Shown here in pieces: positions 10,149 to 18,431 of a DNA stretch of 64,000 nt. The position numbers and the translations under genes were made by a program. The stretch is from an uncultured Gammaproteobacteria bacterium. GTDB lineage: Bacteria > Pseudomonadota > Gammaproteobacteria > GCA-001735895. The stretch covers positions 9,078-73,077 of the forward strand of contig CAJXUC010000006.1 in NCBI GenBank assembly GCA_913061315.1, given 5' to 3'. Position 1 is the stretch's first letter. Every line of letters begins with the position of its first letter. The notes under the pieces were generated by a model, which saw only the letters and a list, made by a program, of their open reading frames with translations, made no database searches and was not told where the DNA came from.

Positions 10149-10577
10149 TTACTGTAATATTTTAAATCGTAACAGACAATTTATTATAGTTGAAGGTTTT
10201 GTGTTGGTGGCCATAATTCTTTGAATTGTTAAACCCGGCTGTGTAAAGATCAATGCCGTATCATTAAAACAGATTGTCATTACTGTATTAATTGATAGTG
10301 AGAGTGAAAACTGAAATTTCAAGCCATTCTTGATAGTAATTTTTACCGTAGTGTAGAAATGACTTAATTTCACCTGACTGGTCTCTTTTTGATAGCCTAA
10401 CACATTTAAATAATTACCCTGACCATCGGCAAAAAGACTTTTAATTGATTCAAAATATTTAATTCGTGGTCGCGTGAAAAAAGTGCGTATTTTCTCAACA
10501 TAAGGGTTTGCAGCAAAATTAGCATCAGGGTCTCCCAAGATATAGCCAGACTTGTCTTTGACTTTCTCTGGTCCCAA
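10149..10577 (-). CDS. Hypothetical protein (TTG start; low-complexity C-terminus; possibly degraded)
   Basis: 142-aa ORF with no recognisable motif; immediately followed by a second 64-aa ORF (9949-10143) after a 5-nt gap, suggestive of a frameshifted remnant. Confidence 0.25.
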   Translation of the reverse strand: MGPEKVKDKSGYILGDPDANFAANPYVEKIRTFFTRPRIKYFESIKSLFADGQGNYLNVLGYQKETSQVKLSHFYTTVKITIKNGLKFQFSLSLSINTVMTICFNDTALIFTQPGLTIQRIMATNTKPSTIINCLLRFKILQ

Positions 10578-11027
10578 AATAAAAGTAGGCCACTTAAGGT
10601 GAGTACATTCTAGAAATAATATCGTTTGAAAGTATCTGAGTGGATTCCTACCAAGCCCTAAGCTATATTCAAATGCAGAATATAAAAAAAATAAATATTA
10701 CTTTACTGGTAACAATGAGGCCAATTACAAACATTAGCGTTACAAATTGTATAAATATTAGATATATTGAAAGCCAATTAATATTCCCTGGCTTACAAGA
10801 CATCGTCAACCGAGTTTTAGAACTCCAATTTACTCCAGGCCTTCAGAAACACTCATAAAGGCTTTATTAGTAAAAAATTGGGGGTTTTCATGACATTTTT
10901 AATACTGTTATATCTATTTATTTCTATGGTTATTTATGAAGCTATCGTCTGTCTCGTATTTTCTTCTTAACTGTTACGGCTTGGTCTACTTAATAAGTGC
11001 TTGAGCAGGTCAGAGCAGCAAAACTAC

Positions 11028-11699
11028 TTAGGTTTTTGCCCGATCTGAATATAACTCATCATTAGTTTCAGTCAAACGACCAGCCAAAAATTTTAACAGA
11101 ACAGCATAGGCTGGCAGAAATAGCAGTAGACTGATAATAAGTTTGAACGCGTAATCAACCAGTGCAATCTCTACCCAATTCTCAGCCATAAAAGCATCTG
11201 GGCTTTGATAAAAAGCCATGGAGAAAAACAAAAGCGTATCCAGCGCATTACCCAGTACGGTAGAAGCAGCCGGAGCAACCCACCAGCGCCGAGTGCGCCG
11301 AAGTCGATTGAAGACTTGCACATCCAGAAATTGCCCAAATACATAAGCAACGAAACTTGCCAATGCAATACGTCCCACAAAAAGATTAAATTCAGCCAAT
11401 TGGCTCAGACCTTGAAAAGCGCCTTCATAAAATAACACCGAAAGTACATAGGACAGAAATAAAGCCGGTATCATTGCACGCAGAATAATACCTCGTGCCA
11501 TTGGCGCACCAAAAATGCGTACCGTCAAATCTGTAGCGAGAAAAATAAATGGAAAACTAAAAGCCCCCCAAGTGGAATGGAAGCCAAACAAAGTAAATGG
11601 TAGTTGAACCAGATAATTACTAGCAGCAATAATCAGAAGATGACTTGCAACCAAAAAAGTGAGTGCTTTATTAGATTGAACTGTGGTGAAAACTTTCAT
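11028..11699 (-). CDS. yhhQ: Queuosine precursor (preQ0/preQ1) transporter, YhhQ/QPTR (DUF165) family
   Basis: Strong similarity to E. coli YhhQ from MKVFTTVQ (SNYLVQLP, GFHSTWGAFSFPFIFLATDLTVRIFGAP, RLRRTRRWW); true start is the second Met (11699), with the first ATG (11717) lying inside the riboswitch. Confidence 0.75.
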   Translation of the reverse strand: MKVFTTVQSNKALTFLVASHLLIIAASNYLVQLPFTLFGFHSTWGAFSFPFIFLATDLTVRIFGAPMARGIILRAMIPALFLSYVLSVLFYEGAFQGLSQLAEFNLFVGRIALASFVAYVFGQFLDVQVFNRLRRTRRWWVAPAASTVLGNALDTLLFFSMAFYQSPDAFMAENWVEIALVDYAFKLIISLLLFLPAYAVLLKFLAGRLTETNDELYSDRAKT

Positions 11700-11705
11700 A
11701 TGTAA

Positions 11706-11738
11706 CCTTTTTGTCATTGGGGGCGAGGGAACCCAAAT
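11706..11738 (-). promoter_or_regulatory. Candidate preQ1-I riboswitch in the yhhQ leader
   Basis: RNA 5'-UUGGG UUCCCUCGCC CCCAA UGACAAAAAGG-3': 5-bp P1, 10-nt loop starting UUC and ending in the ligand-reading C, A-rich tail running into the SD, which is the same architecture as the T. tengcongensis (CUGGG-UCGCAGUAAC-CCCAG-UUAACAAAACAAGG) and B. subtilis aptamers; loop CCU can pair with the SD AGG (P2). Confidence 0.45.
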
Positions 11739-12020
11739 TATAATAATATTAAGTGGCTTTAGTGATGCCGCGGGTGATTCTATTCTAAGTTATGATTTTG
11801 TAAAGCACAGAGTGATATTTGGATATTTTTTGCTCCATAAAAATTAAATAAAATAGGTATCTAGATCTTATATTCATTTTTTACACACTACTAATTGAAA
11901 TAGGTCTGAAAGAATTATTGCAACGTAACACATGAGGGCCAAACGCCAGCTTTGCAAAACTTAAACTGTTTTCTATTCTATGGGTCTATTATGTATGTAT
12001 TACATTGCTTCATCTAAAAA

Positions 12021-12722
12021 TCACAGTCTATTTTTTTGTGGTACATCGATTAGCAATACCTTAGCCTCACTGATTGCTTTCAGTCTGATTGATGAAAGCC
12101 CTGAAACTTCTAATCCATCGCCCTTGTCGAGTGAATACCCCTCTATTTCGAGTGTTCCTTCAGACACAAGCACGTAAGCCTGATGCTTTATTGTATGACT
12201 CAGTTCAGTACCTTCACAAAGATGACCACCATAAATAAAAGCGTCCTGATAGATTGATAACGGTGCCTTCCCATCACCTGACACTAACAAAGTGAGTGAA
12301 GCCAATGTCGGCTCTTTAGGAAATTCATAGCTATCCCACCTAGGCTTGACATCCAATTGGTTCGGTTCAATCCATATCTGTAAGATATTGGTATCATCAG
12401 TCTCAAGATTGAATTCAGAATGATATACACCAGTGCCTGCGCTCATTACTTGAACATCACCCGCCACGGTGCGTCCAACATTGCCATCACTGTCTTGATG
12501 AGTAATTCCGCCTTTTTTAACATAGGTTATGATTTCCATATTCTTATGAGGATGAAGAGCAAAACCTGCACCCGCTTTAATAACATCATCGTTAATGACT
12601 CGCAGAACACCAAACTGCATTCTTTTTTGATCTTGATAACCTGAAAAGCTAAAATGGTGCCTTGCATTCAGCCAACCATGATTAGCATGGCCTAGATTTT
12701 TATACGGATAATGAGTAATCAA
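12021..12722 (-). CDS. Pirin family protein
   Basis: N-terminal GHANHGWLNARHHFSFSGYQDQKRMQFGVLRVINDD and HPHKNMEIITYV metal-binding cupin motifs. Confidence 0.8.
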   Translation of the reverse strand: MITHYPYKNLGHANHGWLNARHHFSFSGYQDQKRMQFGVLRVINDDVIKAGAGFALHPHKNMEIITYVKKGGITHQDSDGNVGRTVAGDVQVMSAGTGVYHSEFNLETDDTNILQIWIEPNQLDVKPRWDSYEFPKEPTLASLTLLVSGDGKAPLSIYQDAFIYGGHLCEGTELSHTIKHQAYVLVSEGTLEIEGYSLDKGDGLEVSGLSSIRLKAISEAKVLLIDVPQKNRL

Positions 12723-12777
12723 TTTATGCCTCCTATAATTTCTTTTGCCATTTATCGTCTGCTTTTATCAACATATA

Positions 12778-13239
12778 TTAATCTTTCAGCGTTTTAGGGA
12801 TCAATCTGTCAATCACTGGAACACTTTTGATGGCGAAACTGCCTGCACCTTGGACTGCAACGACTATCGACAATACAGCGAGTAATACAGGAAATTCCCA
12901 ACCGCCCCCTTCATTACTAAATAACCAGCCATTACCGAGATGAGCCCAGGTTGCACCGAGCAGAATAGGCAAGCTGAGTAAGGCAATAAAACGTGGATAA
13001 ATACCTAAAATAAGTGCAGCTCCACCAAACACTTCGCCAAAGATAGTCAGATAAGCAACTAGTGCTGGCAGACCCAAACTGCCAAAAAAACCAACAGTGA
13101 CAGGAATAGTGAAAACAAATATTTTAAGCGCACCGTGTGCCAGTAAAATAATACCAAGGGTGATACGTGTTAGAAAGGCGCCGTGGTTAGCAGTAAGGTT
13201 ATTCATAGTTATAGTCTCGTGTTGATTGAAAGAGAACAC
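12778..13239 (-). CDS. DoxX family membrane protein
   Basis: 153 aa, 4 TM, RITLGIILLAHGALK typical of DoxX. Confidence 0.65.
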   Translation of the reverse strand: MFSFNQHETITMNNLTANHGAFLTRITLGIILLAHGALKIFVFTIPVTVGFFGSLGLPALVAYLTIFGEVFGGAALILGIYPRFIALLSLPILLGATWAHLGNGWLFSNEGGGWEFPVLLAVLSIVVAVQGAGSFAIKSVPVIDRLIPKTLKD

Positions 13240-13309
13240 ATCATACTAGTTCCATTTAAAATGATAATATGCAATATTATAATTTTATTAGTTCCAAAAA
13301 GTAATTAAT

Positions 13310-14212
13310 ATGGATCATATATCACGCGTTGGCGTGTTCCTTGAAGTGGTGAAGAACGAAAGTTTTGCAGGGGCTGCACGTGCCCTTGGGTTAACTGGAC
13401 CCGCTATCAGTAAACAAATTAAATCTCTTGAAGACCAACTAGGTGTCAAGTTACTGAGCCGAACAACCAGGCACGTCAGGCTGACTGAAGAAGGTGCTAT
13501 TTATTATGAAAAGGCTCAGCAAGCACTAGCAGACCTGAACGAAGCTGAGCAACAGATTCTGGAATTGAAAGCCTACCCCATCGGCAAACTCAAAGTGAAT
13601 GCGCCGATGTCATTTGGAACACAGTTTTTGACTCGCCCAATTGCTGCCTTTGCGGAACAGTACCCTGAAGTTGAACTTGAAGTTGATTTTGATGATCGCT
13701 GGGTCGATGTAGTGGCAGAAGGATTTGATGTTGTTATAAGAATCGGTGCACTCGAAGACTCAACGCTAATGGCTCGAAGATTAGCACCTTGCCCCGTCAT
13801 TTTATGTGCTGGTAAAAAATTGCTAGATAAATATGGATTACCTAAATCCGTCGAACAACTGTCTGAGTACCCTGGAGTTGTTTACAATAGACACCAACAA
13901 AAAGAAGTATGGCGTTATCGTGATAACAATGGATTAATCGGAACACAAACCCTAAACCGTAACTTCGCTGCCAATACCGCAGAAATGCAGCTCGAGGCCT
14001 GCTTAAGTGGTTTAGGCGTTTCACTACTCCCGATCTTTAGCGCCGAAGCGTATCTAAAATCGGGTGAGCTAATGGCATTACTGCCTGAATACTCGACTTA
14101 TCCCGAACTTGGCATTTACGCACTGTATCCTCAGAACCGTTATCTCTCGACTCGAACACGATTGTTTATTGATTGGTTAAACAAAGCTAGTGAAGACTTT
14201 GCCTGGTGCTAA
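13310..14212 (+). CDS. LysR family transcriptional regulator
   Basis: N-terminal HTH (FLEVVKNESFAGAARALGLTGPAISKQIKSLE) plus LysR substrate-binding domain; divergent from DoxX/pirin. Confidence 0.8.
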   Translation: MDHISRVGVFLEVVKNESFAGAARALGLTGPAISKQIKSLEDQLGVKLLSRTTRHVRLTEEGAIYYEKAQQALADLNEAEQQILELKAYPIGKLKVNAPMSFGTQFLTRPIAAFAEQYPEVELEVDFDDRWVDVVAEGFDVVIRIGALEDSTLMARRLAPCPVILCAGKKLLDKYGLPKSVEQLSEYPGVVYNRHQQKEVWRYRDNNGLIGTQTLNRNFAANTAEMQLEACLSGLGVSLLPIFSAEAYLKSGELMALLPEYSTYPELGIYALYPQNRYLSTRTRLFIDWLNKASEDFAWC

Positions 14213-14511
14213 ATCAAACCTCTGCCAACAGGTTTAAAAATCAACTGGTTTTTTTAACTTTAAAGCTGTGCAAAAAATTGTCAGAACTCACTGTTTAAAG
14301 CCTACAAAAGAGTGACGACAGTCAGCCATACTATCCTAAGAACTAGGTTCTAAAATTTTTTTGCCTGCAAAATGCAGAATTCTATAGTGAGTGATAACGT
14401 TTAAATATATCAACACTTAGTATGAGCGTTTTTTTTGACACTAAAGCTTAAACTGAGTTCTATTCGTTGTTACCTTTAACCACAAAGTTTGATAATGACA
14501 AATAAACTGGG

Positions 14512-14976
14512 CTAAAGACCTTTAATATCACCACGGTTATTATCTAACCAAGCCATTAACTTTTCAAGATGCCGCTCCAACTCAGATAGCTCATCATTAG
14601 CGAAACTTGAGTAAATATTTTGAATGTCAGGTTCAAACAAGTTAAGGGTTATCGAACAGATTTTAAGCCCTTTTTCGGTTATTTTTAAATGCTTTTTACG
14701 ACGATCACTGGTATCAGGTGTTGCTAACATAAGACCTTTATCAACTAATTGAGTCACCACCTTGGTAATGCCAGGTTGATTCATTTCCATGACATTAGCC
14801 AGCTCGCTGACCAACCAACTTCGCGTTGGGTTATGGGTGAAATGTAACAATAACCCAAACTGTGACGAGGTAATGGATAAATTAGCAAATAGTTTGTTTT
14901 GTCGAGTCGTTAATAACTGTTGCAATATACCAAATAAAATAGCCACTCTGACCTCACTTTTCGTTCTTGCTGCCAT
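14512..14976 (-). CDS. MarR family transcriptional regulator
   Basis: 154 aa winged-helix; divergent from the 15128 gene. Confidence 0.7.
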   Translation of the reverse strand: MAARTKSEVRVAILFGILQQLLTTRQNKLFANLSITSSQFGLLLHFTHNPTRSWLVSELANVMEMNQPGITKVVTQLVDKGLMLATPDTSDRRKKHLKITEKGLKICSITLNLFEPDIQNIYSSFANDELSELERHLEKLMAWLDNNRGDIKGL

Positions 14977-15127
14977 TCTAATCGTCTCTTTTTATTACTA
15001 TATTTCACCTAATAACCCAAAGGTTCAATGAACCATTGTTAAAATCGTTTAGAAAAATAGCTTGACTTGCATTCTTTAGAATATAACATACATTCTAAGG
15101 AATGTAGTTTTAAAGTCACTTTTCAGG

Positions 15128-16321
15128 ATGATAAACATGAACAGACGTCAATTTATTCGCATTTTTGGACTCTCTACCGGCGCTATTGCATTAACCACTG
15201 GCATCACTGGCTGCGGTGACTTGAAATCGTCTTTTAGTTCTTCAGATGAATCAGATAATTATGGATGGAATGGGCCCACAGCAGATATTAAAGATATCCG
15301 CTTACAGGTCTTGGCTTATGCCATCCTGAGCCCAAACCCGCATAATAAACAGCCTTGGGCTATCAAGCTAACAGGGCCATTAAAATTTGAACTGTATGTG
15401 GATCAAGAGCGTTTATTACCCGCCACCGACCCCTATTTTAGACAAATACATATAGGCCAAGGTACCTTCTTAGAAACTGCATCTATTGCGGCATCTGGCT
15501 TAGGGCATGATGCAGAAATCACGCTTTTCCCTCAGGGTATCTATAGCAATACTCAAGTCCTCAATAAACCAGTAGCAAAGGTATCTTTGACCCCAAATGA
15601 GTCAGTAAAAACTAACCCTCTATTTGCTAACCTATTAAGTCGTCACTCTAATAAACGTGAGTATAGCGATCAGCCATTGACCCAAAATCAAGTGTCAGAA
15701 TTAATCCGTTTTAATACTGATAATAACCAAAATTCACTCACCTTAGTGGATTCTCCTGCCGCCAAAAAACAACTTGAGCAAGTCTTAACCAAAGCAATGC
15801 AAATAGAGGTGGGTAACAAAGGCAGGGATGAGGAAACCATTAAAATGTTCCGATTTAATCAAGCAGAGGTAGAGCAGTACCGTGATGGTTTCGGCACTGC
15901 ACAAGCTGGGCTATCGGGCTTAAAGCGATTATTGGTTGAAAACTTTATCCTGTCTCGTGAAAGTACCGAAAAAGATCCGACTGAATTCGGACAACAAGCA
16001 GTCTCCATGACCCAAAAAGTCGTTGAATCAACAGGTACATTTGCTTGGATCACAAGCGCTTCAAATAGTCGCATCGATCAGATCAATGTGGGTCGCGAGT
16101 ATTGCCGTATTAACCTTAAGACGAATTCGATGGGTCTAGCACAGCACCCGTTGAGCCAAATATTACAAGAATATGAAGACATGCTGCCAATGCAAGCGGC
16201 TTTTAAGGACTTCTTCAATATTAAAACAAGTGACACGGTACAAATGTTATTCCGATTAGGCACGGCAGAAATAACACAACATAGTCCTCGTCGTACTGTA
16301 ACGGATATTATTCAAGCCTAA
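15128..16321 (+). CDS. Tat-signal exported nitroreductase-superfamily (Acg-like) protein
   Basis: Twin-arginine signal MNRRQFIRIFGLSTGAIALTTGITGCG (lipobox-like Cys); size and composition resemble Tat-secreted nitroreductase-fold proteins; the functional call is tentative. Confidence 0.45.
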   Translation: MINMNRRQFIRIFGLSTGAIALTTGITGCGDLKSSFSSSDESDNYGWNGPTADIKDIRLQVLAYAILSPNPHNKQPWAIKLTGPLKFELYVDQERLLPATDPYFRQIHIGQGTFLETASIAASGLGHDAEITLFPQGIYSNTQVLNKPVAKVSLTPNESVKTNPLFANLLSRHSNKREYSDQPLTQNQVSELIRFNTDNNQNSLTLVDSPAAKKQLEQVLTKAMQIEVGNKGRDEETIKMFRFNQAEVEQYRDGFGTAQAGLSGLKRLLVENFILSRESTEKDPTEFGQQAVSMTQKVVESTGTFAWITSASNSRIDQINVGREYCRINLKTNSMGLAQHPLSQILQEYEDMLPMQAAFKDFFNIKTSDTVQMLFRLGTAEITQHSPRRTVTDIIQA

Positions 16322-16396
16322 TTATTCCGATTAGGCATGGTAGAAATAACGCGACATAGTCCTCGTCGTGCCTTAACGGATATCATTATAAATTAA
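16247..16396 (+). repeat. Imperfect tandem duplication (2 x 75 nt) of the last 24 codons plus stop of the 15128 gene
   Basis: 16247-16321 and 16322-16396 align end to end (about 64/75 nt identical); the second copy is in-frame right after the TAA and ends in its own TAA. Confidence 0.8.
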
Positions 16397-16435
16397 GAGA
16401 TCAGTGGTACATAAGGACCATTCCATAGTACGATC

Positions 16436-16458
16436 AAACCCTTTGGGTTTCGTTTTTT
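16436..16458 (+). terminator. Rho-independent terminator
   Basis: aaaccc-ttt-gggttt followed by cgtttttt. Confidence 0.45.
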
Positions 16459-16545
16459 ATTTAATAATAACTATTGTATTCGTTTGCATACAATCTCGGT
16501 GTTACATTAAAATTATTTCGGGGTACCCCAAACCTCTTTTTTTCG

Positions 16546-17016
16546 CTACGCCAGTAAGCCATTTGAATATGATCCATTACTATAAGTAAGTACTATTGCT
16601 CTATTAGTAGTTTCTTCGTCCTTGAGACTGACATGCACCCAGCCTGAATTAGGCTCCCCCTTTCGGTAGCACTCTAAAATGACTTGGTCGAATTCTAAAT
16701 TTTGTTCAATCCAGACTGCAAGCTCATAGTTACTTATTCCGGCTATTTCGATATCAACAGCCTCTGCTTTACAGTGTTGTGATGAAGATGACCCATTGAT
16801 TTCTGAATTAAGCTCAGTGCTTCTATAACCACTATTAGGCCTAAAAGGCTTTCCATAATGTAACCGCACTGGCTCTAGTATTTCAGAACATAAACGCTGT
16901 AACTTTACTATTAAGTGATCGGGTGGTGAGTTATCAATATTTTTTCTTTCTGCTGTTTCTGACCTTATTAGCTCTCCAAAGGTAAAATGATCTGACAGTT
17001 TTTCATTCCTATCCAT
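16546..17016 (-). CDS. Peptidase M15 (D-Ala-D-Ala carboxypeptidase/endolysin-like) family metallohydrolase
   Basis: SGYRSTELNSEINGSSSSQHCKAEAVDI and GWVHVSLKD resemble the Zn-binding H/D/H region of M15 peptidases; 156 aa, no signal peptide. Confidence 0.55.
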   Translation of the reverse strand: MDRNEKLSDHFTFGELIRSETAERKNIDNSPPDHLIVKLQRLCSEILEPVRLHYGKPFRPNSGYRSTELNSEINGSSSSQHCKAEAVDIEIAGISNYELAVWIEQNLEFDQVILECYRKGEPNSGWVHVSLKDEETTNRAIVLTYSNGSYSNGLLA

Positions 17017-17461
17017 TTTTTATACCCCTTATTGTTCTTAGGTTTTGTTTTATTAGTTATCTATTCGATCAGCTAACTTTTAAATGTGCTGGTACTATCA
17101 TTTTTGCCTGCGGTTGCAATAACAAACCTAACTTGACCCAAGTTTTGCATCAAGATCAAAGCGAGTTAAAGTTTATTTAATATCAATTTCATGCAATTCA
17201 ACCTCTGATTTGTAAACTTACTTGATTAATCACGCTGATGATATAGACAGAAAGCATTAGAAATTGTCAGATGAGAACTACATTAAATGACGTCCTATCA
17301 GAAAAAATGTAAATTGCCTTTGCTAAGGAAGATGGATCAATGACGATTAAGGTGCGCGCTATCCTGTGCTGTTAAATCAACCAATAGCCCCAAGCAACCA
17401 TTAACGTGTTATTTATATACTGCCTGTGAGCAGTTAGATGGCAGAACAACTTGTCACTTAC

Positions 17462-18421
17462 CTAGGAAAGTCCCATAAAATACAAGGCCGTTGTTAGGCT
17501 GGTTTGATTAATTTGGTAGGGTGTTGCTTTACACGTTGCGGGCTTACCTTGGTAAGCAATCCCTAAACCCGCTAGCGTTATCATTGGGATGTCGTTTGCA
17601 CCATCGCCGATTGCACAGCACTCGACCGGGTCGATACCCATTTTGGCTGCGATCGACAACAACAATGCTCGTTTCGAATTTGCGTCAACTATTGGAGCCA
17701 ATACACCGCCGGTTAAGATTCCGTTATCGACCTCTAACCGATTACTGTGGACTTCATCAAAGCCTAGTCGCCGTGCAATGGGTCGGGCGATGGTATCGAA
17801 GCCACCACTGATCAAAACCGTATACAGTCCGGCTTGGCCTGCTTTTTGCACTAGCTGTTCGGCCCCTGGGTTTAAACGACAAGCATTTGCCATGTCGATA
17901 AATGCTTGCTCTGGTTGCCCTTTTAGTAATCCTACCCGTTGCCTTAATGAGGCATCAAAATCTATTTCACCTCGCATTGCCTGTTCGGTTATTGTTGCAA
18001 CCTGTTGACCAATGCCGACTGCTTCTGCCACTTCATCAAGTGTTTCTGCATCGACTATTGTTTTATCCATATCGCAAATAAGTAATTTTTTAGTACGCTG
18101 ACTAACAGGTTGAACCGCTATATCAACATTTACTAATTGACTATTCAGGGATTGAAAAATCTGCCACGCAGCTGAACTGGTGACGTTGAATTCTATATCA
18201 TGAGCCACGCCTATCATACGGCACCGATCGAGAACAATAGGCGGCCCTTTGTCCTCGATCAGTTGTTTCGCAACTTGCACCTGTGAGTCAAATCGTTTCA
18301 AGTCAAGATCAATCGACCCACAGAGCGTTATCACAAAACCCTGATGATCGTTCTGGTCGTCAGTAACCCAGGCGGGTGGTTTACTTAGTGTTTGAGATTT
18401 CTTCACTTGATAGGACATCAC
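17462..18421 (-). CDS. serB: Phosphoserine phosphatase
   Basis: HAD motif I LLICDMDKTIV, C-terminal GDGANDIPM; 319 aa with N-terminal ACT-like regulatory region. Confidence 0.8.
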   Translation of the reverse strand: MMSYQVKKSQTLSKPPAWVTDDQNDHQGFVITLCGSIDLDLKRFDSQVQVAKQLIEDKGPPIVLDRCRMIGVAHDIEFNVTSSAAWQIFQSLNSQLVNVDIAVQPVSQRTKKLLICDMDKTIVDAETLDEVAEAVGIGQQVATITEQAMRGEIDFDASLRQRVGLLKGQPEQAFIDMANACRLNPGAEQLVQKAGQAGLYTVLISGGFDTIARPIARRLGFDEVHSNRLEVDNGILTGGVLAPIVDANSKRALLLSIAAKMGIDPVECCAIGDGANDIPMITLAGLGIAYQGKPATCKATPYQINQTSLTTALYFMGLS

Positions 18422-18431
18422 GGGTCACAAA

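Noticed and set aside
12420-12644. 74-aa plus-strand ORF inside pirin
   Set aside because: Antisense to a strongly supported pirin CDS.
14214-14260. Possible lysR terminator (aaacct...aggttt hairpin)
   Set aside because: The T-run is about 15 nt away from the stem, so it is not a convincing intrinsic terminator.
16404-16589. 61-aa ORF downstream of the duplicated tail
   Set aside because: It spans the terminator hairpin and AT-rich spacer, and is hydrophobic low-complexity with no RBS.
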